IMG/VR virus record: IMGVR_UViG_3300048853_000111 | Location: 1-50,740 of that record | Length of the DNA stretch: 50,740 bases | Strand: one strand, 5' to 3' | DNA from: a virus | Taxonomy: Duplodnaviria; Caudoviricetes | In this document: piece by piece, positions 27,974 through 35,685 of the stretch | Numbering within the stretch: position 1 is the stretch's first letter | Layout: every line of letters begins with the position of its first letter | Translations under genes and position numbers: made by a program | The notes under the pieces: generated by a model | The model's input: the letters and a program-made list of their open reading frames with translations, nothing else | What the model was told of the DNA's origin: nothing | Databases searched by the model: none

Positions 27974-28090
27974 GGCCGGGTTTTCCCGCACTCGGAATTT
28001 TCGGGGCCGGGTTTTCCCGCGCTCAGATTTTTCGAGGTCGGGTTTCCCCGTACTCGGATTTTTCGAGGTCGGGTTTTTCCGCAAATCGGC
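27974..28090. repeat. Four tandem 31-bp imperfect repeats in the packaging region
   Basis: ggYcgggttt units start at 27974, 28005, 28036 and 28067. Confidence 0.9.
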
Positions 28091-28192
28091 GAATAACAAG
28101 TGACTTGTTATTTTCACCTTGCAGGGTTGGGATTAAGGGCGGCCGAGGCCCCGCTGCACATCTCGCAGCATGCCCGGTGCGTCCTTACGCGG

Positions 28193-28552
28193 TCAGCTCC
28201 AGGACTGCCCAGCCGCACGCCGTTCCTCCCGCTGGATGTCGCGGTTGTGGCATGGGTCGCACGCGCTCTCGAGGTTCTTGGGATCGGCGAAGAGCGACCA
28301 GTCGCCCTTGTGCGGCTTGCGATGGTTCGCGACCGTGGCGGCCGTGACGATCCCGCGCGCCAGGCACCTCTCGCAGAGCGGCTGCTGGGCGAGCTGTTGC
28401 GCCCTCAGCCCGGTGACCGGATGGCACCAGATTGCCCGCTTATACCAGCCGCGCTCTGCGTTCTCCGCGCGCCGCTTCGCATCATGGTCGCGGTCGCGCT
28501 GTTGCTTGCCCTTGAATGTGCCGGGCCGGAACACCTGCGGGCGTGACGGCAT
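28193..28552 (-). CDS. HNH endonuclease (terminase-associated)
   Basis: PLCERC, ANHRKPHKGD, NLESACDPCHN. Confidence 0.9.
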   Translation of the reverse strand: MPSRPQVFRPGTFKGKQQRDRDHDAKRRAENAERGWYKRAIWCHPVTGLRAQQLAQQPLCERCLARGIVTAATVANHRKPHKGDWSLFADPKNLESACDPCHNRDIQREERRAAGQSWS

Positions 28553-28607
28553 CGGCTGACCTCAGTTCTACATGGCCGCCTCCCTGCACCCAGGTGACCC
28601 GCCAACG

Positions 28608-28638
28608 AAAAAACCCGGCGCTGGGAAGCACCGGGTTT
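28608..28638 (-). terminator. Terminator at the start of the late transcript (tR'-like)
   Basis: Minus strand AAACCCGG-loop-CCGGGTTTTTT. Confidence 0.7.
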
Positions 28639-28644
28639 CTCAAT

Positions 28645-28691
28645 CTTTTTTACCGTGATCAGTATTGAGTCAAGCAAAGGTCGCAAGTCAA
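28645..28691 (-). promoter_or_regulatory. Candidate late promoter (pR'-like)
   Basis: Two TTGACT hexamers (28691-28686, 28673-28668) just upstream of the terminator. Confidence 0.45.
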
Positions 28692-29569
28692 GCGGCGCAA
28701 CGTGTTTTATTTTCGCGCCGCGCACGCGTGCTTGTGGACAGCGCCGGAATCACAGGCTTTGCGAGGCTCGGCAGGAGGCGCCGCGCGGCCCTCGCCTCGC
28801 CGTCCCACGGCCGCAACGGGCGATCGGCTGCCGTCACCACGACCGTCTCCAGCGCACCGTCGAGCTCGTTGACGAGCACGCCGAGCGCCGCATGCCAGAC
28901 CTCGTATTCGATGCGCCCCACGAGCGCCGGCACGGGGTCCGGATCGAGATAGGTCCGCTGATAGGCGCCGGGATAGGGGCGCCGCCGGGTCTGGTTGAAG
29001 CCGTCGACCGTCACGGTCCTCTCGACATAGCCACCGTCGAGGATCTCGTCATAGATGATGCGGTCCAGAAACCACGCCGGCTGGCCCGTCTTCGCCTGCC
29101 TCACCACCTTCTTTTCCGGCACGTCCATTTCCCAGGCCGGGCAACCGCCGAGCAGCGCGTGCTTCTCCACGAGGCGGCTTTGCCCCTTCAGGCGGCGCCG
29201 GCCGGCGGCATCCATCACCGTGGCGCGCGCCAAGGCCTGTTGCGCCAGCGCCGGTGCCTCACCGTCGAGAGCGCCGATATCGGCCATGGGCGCCCAATCG
29301 TCCGGCACGACGATCTCGAAGCCGTCGAGGTCCCGCACAGCCTGCCAGACGGCAATGGCATCGGGATGCGGCGCGCCCGGCTCGGCGAGGTTCGGCAGCA
29401 CGCCATAGCGGTTGCAGTCGATGATGGTGAGGAGCTGCGCATAGCTCTCCACGGCATCCCAGCCCGGGCGCACCGATGCCGGCCTGTCGCGCCCGGTATC
29501 GACCGCCTTCGGCAACTCTTCCCGATAGGCCCAACGCAGCACCGCCTCGATGTCCATGGTCCGCTTCAT
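28688..29569 (-). CDS. Hypothetical protein in the late-regulator (Q-like) position
   Basis: 293 aa between the origin and the late promoter/terminator; function inferred from position only. Confidence 0.7.
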   Translation of the reverse strand: MKRTMDIEAVLRWAYREELPKAVDTGRDRPASVRPGWDAVESYAQLLTIIDCNRYGVLPNLAEPGAPHPDAIAVWQAVRDLDGFEIVVPDDWAPMADIGALDGEAPALAQQALARATVMDAAGRRRLKGQSRLVEKHALLGGCPAWEMDVPEKKVVRQAKTGQPAWFLDRIIYDEILDGGYVERTVTVDGFNQTRRRPYPGAYQRTYLDPDPVPALVGRIEYEVWHAALGVLVNELDGALETVVVTAADRPLRPWDGEARAARRLLPSLAKPVIPALSTSTRARRENKTRCAA

Positions 29570-29586
29570 GGCGCCGTCTCCGATCG

Positions 29587-29882
29587 TGCGAGGGTTGCGA
29601 TAGTTCTGCGAGAGTACATCAAAAACCCTCGCGCCTGTTTTCGCGTTTCACTTCAATACTTTACTATATTGCTGCGATAGTTGCGATAGTTTCATCCTAA
29701 GGTGTGTAGAAAATTCATTGAATTCACCCCGAAGCCCCTTTTTTCATATGTACGTGCGCGTGAAACCCTCGCAACCCTCGCACAGCGACCGCTAAGCCAT
29801 TATTAGATCGTGTAAATTAGCCCAGCGATAGTTCGCCAAAACCCTCGCAAAACCCTCGCAACTATCGCGCCGGCGCGAGGGT
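29587..29882. repeat. Iteron array / probable replication origin
   Basis: About 13 copies of (T)GCGA(G/T)(G/A)GT in both orientations around an AT-rich core, just after the helicase gene. Confidence 0.8.
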
Positions 29883-29887
29883 TTACA

Positions 29888-31636
29888 TCAGGTCTCGCTA
29901 TCGCCCTCATGGGGGCTGCGGGGCTCAGGACGGCTGGGAACGTCGAAAAGGTCGACGTCCACCCACTGGCGTATGCGCTTGTCGTCGCGCACGAGGCCCT
30001 TCTTCTTCAGCGCGCGGCCGAAGGCGGTCTCTTTCCAGGCGCGCATGGCATTGGCGGCGCAGAAGGTGACGAAGGCCTCGTACATCACCCGCGCCTGCAC
30101 CTGCGATCCCGGCTGGCGGCGCACACAGGCGGTGATGAAGGCGCCGACCGGGTCGAGGTCGGCCTTGTGCTCGGCCGTCATCGCGGCCACCGAGGCGGGC
30201 TCTTTCAGCCCGTCGCGCAGGAAGCGCAGCGCGCCCTCGATCGCCCAGTTGAGGATCCCTGCGCGCTCCTCGAGGAAGCCGTCGACCACCTCGTGCAGGG
30301 GGCGCTGCTCGCTCGGGTCGAGGGTGACGGGCCAATGCACGAATTTGAGCCGCCGCCAGATGCCATGGTCGAGGCCGCCGACCTCCGGAAGGTCGTTGCC
30401 GCTCATAAAGGGAATAAACTCCGGCAGGAGGTCGAAGAAGCCTTTGTTGAGGTGGCGCACGGGCATCGGCTCGCCGCCCGTCATCGTCTTCACGAGGCCC
30501 TCGCGCAGCGGCGCGCCGCGCGGCAATTCGGCAATGGCGACAAAGCGCTTGCCCGCCAGGCGCGCGAAGTCGGGCGTGGCCTGGTCGCCGCGGCCCTCGG
30601 TGAGGCCGGAGATCGATTCGGGCTTCAGCCGGCCGGCATAGGCGCCGAGCAGCTCGGCAATCGTCTCCATGAAGGCCGATTTGCCGTTGGCGCCGTCACC
30701 ATAGAGGAAGATCAGGGCTTGCGTCGAGGCGCCGCCGAGCAGCGCCCGGCCGACAGCCTCCTGCAGGAACCGTCTTTGCGTCAGGTCCGGCTGGAACCGC
30801 CGGAGAAAGCGCAGGAAGCGCCGGCAGCGCGCGCGCCGATCGAAGGTGACGGGCGCGATCTTGGCGATGAGATGCGCGCGGTCGTGCGGCACGAGGCACA
30901 CACCCACAAAGATGCGCCGCCTCATGCGCGTGGCCTCGGGGTCCGGACATTCCGGATCCGGTTCCTCAATCACCTGCCGCGTGAAGACGAGCGTGCCGTT
31001 CTCCAGGTTGAACATCATCGGGTCGGCGTCGAGCGCCGCCGGCGCCACGGTGCGGTGCGGCATGGCCTGAGCGATCATGGCGATGGTGCGCGCGCGGTTG
31101 CCGCAGGACACGGCGAATTTGTGCCGGTCGGCACGCCGCTTTCCGATTCGCGCCCGCGCTTCGAGGCCGAGCTTCAGAACGGCCTTATCGCCTTCGCTCA
31201 AATCGTCCGGCGCCATCTCCATGAAGGGCTCGGCATTCTTGATCGCCACGCGGTCGCGCTCGCTCGGCTGGATCTCGGGCACCTCGAGCTTGATGCGCCG
31301 CGCCACCTCCTGCGCCAGACGCTCCAGGCATTCAGCGCCGCCGTCGGGGTCCCAATGGGTGCCCGTCCAGGCATGCGGGCCGATCTCGCGCACGTTCAGC
31401 CATTCCTGGCCGAAATGGTTGATGAGGCGGCGTCCGTTGTCCGTGTCGTTCTGGTCGAGCCCCGCGCAAGCGCGCACGATCTCGGGGTCGGCCGCCGGAA
31501 AGCGCGAGGGTTCACGTTCCCCGCCACCGCCGCCATCAGGTGGCTGCGGAGGTCCGCCGCCGTCGCCCCCATCGTCGAACTCGACGGGCTCGGCATTGTC
31601 GATGATGTCAATGGCGCGCTTGGCGTCGTCAGTCAT
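29888..31636 (-). CDS. P4-family primase/helicase C-terminal type (D5 N-terminal domain plus SF3 helicase)
   Basis: NDTDNGRR, YGDGANGKS (Walker A), VKTMTGGE, GIWRR. Confidence 0.92.
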   Translation of the reverse strand: MTDDAKRAIDIIDNAEPVEFDDGGDGGGPPQPPDGGGGGEREPSRFPAADPEIVRACAGLDQNDTDNGRRLINHFGQEWLNVREIGPHAWTGTHWDPDGGAECLERLAQEVARRIKLEVPEIQPSERDRVAIKNAEPFMEMAPDDLSEGDKAVLKLGLEARARIGKRRADRHKFAVSCGNRARTIAMIAQAMPHRTVAPAALDADPMMFNLENGTLVFTRQVIEEPDPECPDPEATRMRRRIFVGVCLVPHDRAHLIAKIAPVTFDRRARCRRFLRFLRRFQPDLTQRRFLQEAVGRALLGGASTQALIFLYGDGANGKSAFMETIAELLGAYAGRLKPESISGLTEGRGDQATPDFARLAGKRFVAIAELPRGAPLREGLVKTMTGGEPMPVRHLNKGFFDLLPEFIPFMSGNDLPEVGGLDHGIWRRLKFVHWPVTLDPSEQRPLHEVVDGFLEERAGILNWAIEGALRFLRDGLKEPASVAAMTAEHKADLDPVGAFITACVRRQPGSQVQARVMYEAFVTFCAANAMRAWKETAFGRALKKKGLVRDDKRIRQWVDVDLFDVPSRPEPRSPHEGDSET

Positions 31637-31651
31637 GCGCGGCCTCTTTTC

Positions 31652-31698
31652 TGTAACGACGAAAAATCGTTGACGCGGCGAATTGTTGTCGCTACAAA
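31652..31698 (+). promoter_or_regulatory. brnTA promoter with inverted-repeat operator
   Basis: TTGACG-17-TACAAA; imperfect inverted repeat TGTAACGACGA / TTGTCGCTACA; ATG 6 nt after the -10 box. Confidence 0.7.
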
Positions 31699-31704
31699 AA
31701 ATCC

Positions 31705-31977
31705 ATGGACATCACCTTCGATCCCGCCAAACGCAACAAGACGCTGCAGGAGCGCGGGCTCGATTTCGCCGAGGCTGCGGAGCTGTTCGCGGGCCGGCAC
31801 ACGGTGGTGGTGGACGACCGGTTCGACTATGGCGAAACCCGCTACATCTCGGCGGGCTTCATCCGGGGTCGCATGGTCGTTGTGGTCTGGACGCCGCGCG
31901 GCAAGGCGCGGCACGTGATTTCGATGAGGTACTGCCATGCCAAGGAAGAAAAGCGCTGGCGCGCGCACTTCGGGTGA
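31705..31977 (+). CDS. brnT: BrnT family toxin
   Basis: ITFDPAKR...RGLDF, DYGETRY, VVVWTPRG, VISMR. Confidence 0.92.
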   Translation: MDITFDPAKRNKTLQERGLDFAEAAELFAGRHTVVVDDRFDYGETRYISAGFIRGRMVVVVWTPRGKARHVISMRYCHAKEEKRWRAHFG

Positions 31978-32236
31978 GTGGATCGACCCCGACGACGCGC
32001 CGGAATTGACGGACGAGCATTTCACCCGCGCGGACCTGTACGAAGGGGAAACCCTCGTGCGCCGCGGCCGGCCGAAGAGCGAGGCGCCCAAGCAGCAGGT
32101 CACGCTGCGCCTGTCGCAGGACGTGCTGGCGCATTTCCGCGCCACCGGCGCCGGCTGGCAGAGCCGCATCGATGCGGAGCTGCTCAAGGCCGTGCGGCGG
32201 GCGCGCAAGGGCGAGGATCGGAAGAAGGCGGGCTGA
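31937..32236 (+). CDS. brnA: BrnA family antitoxin
   Basis: DPDDAPELT, RGRPK, KQQVTLRL, GAGWQSRID. Confidence 0.92.
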   Translation: MPRKKSAGARTSGEWIDPDDAPELTDEHFTRADLYEGETLVRRGRPKSEAPKQQVTLRLSQDVLAHFRATGAGWQSRIDAELLKAVRRARKGEDRKKAG

Positions 32237-32240
32237 GGCA

Positions 32241-33683
32241 TCATTCCGCCCCCATCATCCGAACAAGGCGAGCTGCGCCGGCGGAGCCTCTTGCGGCGAG
32301 CCGAGTTGCGAGAGTGCGGAGCGCATACGCTGCTTGAAGAGGGACAACGCCGTTGCCGAGGAGCCGGAGCTCGTCGACACGCATCGCGTCCACCGGTCCG
32401 GCCAGCCCATCAGATCGGCAACGAAGATGGGATTGAGCGATCGCCTGAACGATGGCCGCGTGTGCTCGCGGCGCTCGCCCCGCCTTTCCGCCTTGATGGC
32501 GAGGCGGATCAATGCCCGCAGCTCGGCACGCAGCGAGGAATCGGTCGTAGCGCGATAGCGCTGGAAGGCGCTCAGGATCGGCCGCCATGATGGCTTCCCA
32601 AGCGCCGGCATCTCCGGGCGGTGGAGGGAAAAGGCTTGGCCGGTCAATGTGGCCACCGGCTTCGCCTTGTCGCCCCGGCTGTATTGGTATTGGCCGACCT
32701 CGTGCGAGCGCGGCGTCGCCCATTGGCTTGCCATCGCCGGAAGAGGCGTCCCACCTGCTCCGAATGCCTGATTGGGGCCGCCCTTCTCCCCGTCCGACGA
32801 GCGCGTCGTCGCCCATAGAGCCGCTACCTGATCGTCCAGATTCCACCCACCGTGCCGGTTCGGATCTCCCCAACGCTTCGCCTGCGCGGCCCTCCCGTCT
32901 CCGAGCCGAGCCTGCGGCGTCGCCCATTGGCCGACCACTTCGCTCAGCGGCCGTGCGTTCCGCTGGTGCGTCTCCTCTCCAGCATGAATTGACCGGTGAT
33001 CGCGTGACGTCGGCGTCGGCCACGCCTTCGCTTGCAAGGTCAGCGTGCCCGTCTCTCCAGGTCGATCCGCTGCCGCAATGCGGGAGCGCCGCGCTTGATA
33101 GGCCTCGACCGTCTCGTCGTTCTCCCCAGCCCGTGGCGTCATCCAATACGGCGAGGATAAACAGCCGCTCGCGCTCATGCGGCGCGCCGACTTCCGACGC
33201 GCGGAAGAGTCCGCCCTCAACCGCGCAGCCCAATCGCCGAAAGTCTCTGAAAACGCGCTCGGCGCCGCCCGATGTGAGCATGCCGCCGACGTTCTCGAGG
33301 AGGAATGCCCAGGCGCCGGACTGGACGAAGATCCGCCGCGCGTCCGACCAGAGGTCGCGCTCGTCGTCTTCGCCGAGCCGCTTGCCGGCGAGGCTGTGCG
33401 GCTGGCACGGGATGCCGCCAATGACGAGATCCACGACGCCGCGCCAAGCTCGGCCGTCGAAGGTTCGGGCATCGCTCCAGATAGGGCACGGAGCCAGGAG
33501 ACCTTGCTCCATCGCCGAAACCAGATGGGCGACGGCGAAGGCTTCCCTCTCCACCATGCAGACTGCGCGAGCAGCTGGAATTGCCAGCTCGACGCCGAGG
33601 TCGAGCCCGCCGCCTCCGGTGCAGAGGGAGAGGACGTTGACGGCATCGGCCGGCAGGAGGGCGGGAGATAGAGCCACATTCAC
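32241..33683 (-). CDS. C5 cytosine DNA methyltransferase, catalytic polypeptide (motifs I, IV, VI, VIII, X)
   Basis: LCTGGGG, IPCQPHS, ENV, HERERLF, LRLLGNGVVP; low-complexity middle region. Confidence 0.88.
   Translation of the reverse strand: MNVALSPALLPADAVNVLSLCTGGGGLDLGVELAIPAARAVCMVEREAFAVAHLVSAMEQGLLAPCPIWSDARTFDGRAWRGVVDLVIGGIPCQPHSLAGKRLGEDDERDLWSDARRIFVQSGAWAFLLENVGGMLTSGGAERVFRDFRRLGCAVEGGLFRASEVGAPHERERLFILAVLDDATGWGERRDGRGLSSAALPHCGSGSTWRDGHADLASEGVADADVTRSPVNSCWRGDAPAERTAAERSGRPMGDAAGSARRREGRAGEALGRSEPARWVESGRSGSGSMGDDALVGRGEGRPQSGIRSRWDASSGDGKPMGDAALARGRPIPIQPGRQGEAGGHIDRPSLFPPPPGDAGAWEAIMAADPERLPALSRYDRFLAACRAAGIDPPRHQGGKAGRAPRAHAAIVQAIAQSHLRCRSDGLAGPVDAMRVDELRLLGNGVVPLQAAYALRTLATRLAARGSAGAARLVRMMGAE
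32255..33679 (-). CDS. Alternative-frame methyltransferase polypeptide (WxTP repeats plus motif IX); start at GTG 33679 or ATG 33178
   Basis: 474 open codons nested in the MTase gene; WMTP, WPTP, WATP, WATT, WATP repeats and LNPIFVADLMGWP. Confidence 0.7.
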   Translation of the reverse strand: MWLYLPPSCRPMPSTSSPSAPEAAGSTSASSWQFQLLAQSAWWRGKPSPSPIWFRRWSKVSWLRALSGAMPEPSTAELGAASWISSLAASRASRTASPASGSAKTTSATSGRTRGGSSSSPAPGHSSSRTSAACSHRAAPSAFSETFGDWAARLRADSSARRKSARRMSASGCLSSPYWMTPRAGENDETVEAYQARRSRIAAADRPGETGTLTLQAKAWPTPTSRDHRSIHAGEETHQRNARPLSEVVGQWATPQARLGDGRAAQAKRWGDPNRHGGWNLDDQVAALWATTRSSDGEKGGPNQAFGAGGTPLPAMASQWATPRSHEVGQYQYSRGDKAKPVATLTGQAFSLHRPEMPALGKPSWRPILSAFQRYRATTDSSLRAELRALIRLAIKAERRGERREHTRPSFRRSLNPIFVADLMGWPDRWTRCVSTSSGSSATALSLFKQRMRSALSQLGSPQEAPPAQLALFG

Positions 33684-33686
33684 CGC

Positions 33687-35327
33687 TCACTCCGCCGCGA
33701 AAAGAGGAAGGGCCTCGGCGCGTTCGGCCTTTGCGGCGCCGATCGCCGCGCGGCGGGTGGCCGGGCCGGCGAGACAGAGCTCCATGCGCTTGGCGATATC
33801 GGCCTGAAATTGTGCCTCGCGCTCGATGAGCACGGCGCGCATGCCCTCGCGCCAGGCGGCCTCGCCCGTCGTGCCGGTGCCGGCAAAGGGATCGAGCACG
33901 AGCCCGCCCGGCGGCGTCACCAGCCGCACGAGCCATTGCATCAGGTCGATGGGCTTGACCGTCGGGTGCTTTGAGCCGAGCCGGTCGTTGCTGTCCGCCT
34001 TGGCGCTGTAGAAAAAGCGAGCGGCGGAGCCGGAGTCGCCGTCGAAAGAAACCGATGGGCGACCGTTGCCCCATGACATCGGATTCGGGGATGTGCCACC
34101 GCGCTGGCCGCTACCGCTGGCCGTCTCAGGAAAGCACGCCACCACCTCGTCGCTGCCGTCGTGGACGATGTTGGCGGGCCAGCGGCCTTTGTTGTCCGGC
34201 GACCACATGGTGTCATGGCCCACGCCCTTTCCCCAAACATTGTTCGGCGTCGATTTTCCTGACCTCCCCTCCATCTCTGACGTGTCAGCTTCAACCCGAC
34301 ACCCGTCGATATTCAGCGCTCCCGTGCCGTGCTGCAGCACGTTCTCGGCGACGGTGCCGATCAGCGGCTTGCGGGCGAGGCAGATGGGCTCCCAGGCCGG
34401 CTTGAGGGCCGTGCCCCAGCCCTGCCATTCGCGGGCGGCATCTGTGGCAGGGGCCGTGATGTCGTATGTATTACCAATAGCATCCCCACCGATATCTGCT
34501 GTGTGAAACGTTGGCTTTGGCTTTGCCCCTATTCCGACAATCTGGCGCTCAGCTTCCTCCAGAGAAGCAAATGGCAACCTGAATGTGGAGCAGATGAGGT
34601 TGAACTGTTCCGGTGTCGGCATATTCAGACCGAGTTCCCAGTTCGCCACGCATCCCGTTTTGCCACCCGTCTTGCTCGGAAAAAGTGTAGCTACTTCGGA
34701 TTGCTTGATGCCATTCTTCTCACGCCAAGCCTTGAGCCAAGGGCCAAACCATGCGACCTGCACTCCGCCCCGCTTATCAATGCCCTTTGCCACATCATGC
34801 GATTTCGGGAATCCCGAGCCATAGACCCAGGCCAACTGGCCGAGCTCGTCCGCCTCGGCGAAGAGTTTCATGAATTGCGCGCGCTGTTCGTCCGTGAGGC
34901 TGTTCAAGAACGCGATGCGCTCCACATCCGCCTCGTGGTCGAATTTCACCTGATCGCGGATCTCGAAACCGGCATCCTCGATCGCGCAGACCATGCGGTG
35001 ATAGGTGCGCGTGCCGGAGAAGGCGACGACATGGCCGCCCGGCTTCAGCACGCGCAGCACCTCGGCCCAGAACTCGACCGCAAAGGCCGTCTCGCCGGTG
35101 TCCCATTCCTGGTGCATGAAGCCGGCCGAGGCGCGGGCATAGAGCCCGTCCTTGCCGTGCTGCGCCGGCGCCGCGCCCGGTTTTCCGAAGCGCTTGCCGA
35201 TCGAGACCAGCGCATAGGGCGGGTCGGTCACGACGGAATCGATGCTTGCCGTCGGCAGATCGCGCAGCACCTCGCGGCAGTCGCCGGCATGGAGCGTCAC
35301 GCGCCCGTCAAGGAAGGTGGCGCTCAC
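33687..35327 (-). CDS. N6-adenine/N4-cytosine DNA methyltransferase (beta order) with internal XRE-like HTH
   Basis: VTDPPY N-terminal; HPTVKP and LDPFAGTGTT C-terminal; LKAWREKNGIKQSEVA...VANWELG insert. Confidence 0.9.
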   Translation of the reverse strand: MSATFLDGRVTLHAGDCREVLRDLPTASIDSVVTDPPYALVSIGKRFGKPGAAPAQHGKDGLYARASAGFMHQEWDTGETAFAVEFWAEVLRVLKPGGHVVAFSGTRTYHRMVCAIEDAGFEIRDQVKFDHEADVERIAFLNSLTDEQRAQFMKLFAEADELGQLAWVYGSGFPKSHDVAKGIDKRGGVQVAWFGPWLKAWREKNGIKQSEVATLFPSKTGGKTGCVANWELGLNMPTPEQFNLICSTFRLPFASLEEAERQIVGIGAKPKPTFHTADIGGDAIGNTYDITAPATDAAREWQGWGTALKPAWEPICLARKPLIGTVAENVLQHGTGALNIDGCRVEADTSEMEGRSGKSTPNNVWGKGVGHDTMWSPDNKGRWPANIVHDGSDEVVACFPETASGSGQRGGTSPNPMSWGNGRPSVSFDGDSGSAARFFYSAKADSNDRLGSKHPTVKPIDLMQWLVRLVTPPGGLVLDPFAGTGTTGEAAWREGMRAVLIEREAQFQADIAKRMELCLAGPATRRAAIGAAKAERAEALPLFAAE

Positions 35328-35450
35328 GGGACCATCCCCTCCTCACGACTAAAGGCGAAGTTCCGCGATGAAAGACAACGCTGGCTAAGGGTATGTGATT
35401 TGCTATGGTTAACGCCGGGGGATGTGCCCTGCCTGTCATTGGGGGATGAC

Positions 35451-35678
35451 ATGACCGGGATTTGCCAGGGCCTTGAGGCTCTGCCGGTTGCCGCGTGGGA
35501 AGCTGAAACGACACGATACGGGGACGTCGAGATCGCCATGGTGGTCGAGACGACCCAAGGCCGCCGCCGACGAACGGCTGAGTTGATCGAGGTCAGCCTA
35601 TCGCGCGACGAGGCGCGCCGGCTGGGCGAGGCCTTGGTCAAGCGGTCGGAGTCGGCGCCCGACGATAGCTTCGGTTGA
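35451..35678 (+). CDS. Small antisense hypothetical protein
   Basis: ATG 35451 after GGGGGA, in an otherwise empty gap between minus-strand genes. Confidence 0.5.
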   Translation: MTGICQGLEALPVAAWEAETTRYGDVEIAMVVETTQGRRRRTAELIEVSLSRDEARRLGEALVKRSESAPDDSFG

Positions 35679-35685
35679 GGCGCGC

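Noticed and set aside
27974-28090. CRISPR-like array
   Set aside because: Units are contiguous with no unique spacers and there are no cas genes; the cos-region context explains it better
27809-28117. 102-aa minus-strand ORF across the packaging repeats
   Set aside because: The translation merely reflects the DNA repeats and overlaps terS; probably non-coding
9365-31918. Long plus-strand ORFs (9365-11242, 20456-21817, 24603-26633, 26661-28103, 29909-31918)
   Set aside because: Antisense shadows of real high-GC genes with no recognisable motifs
31633-32244. 203-aa minus-strand ORF bridging the MTase and helicase genes
   Set aside because: Exact antisense of brnTA with no motifs. Its 4-nt overlaps with both neighbours are curious but not sufficient evidence
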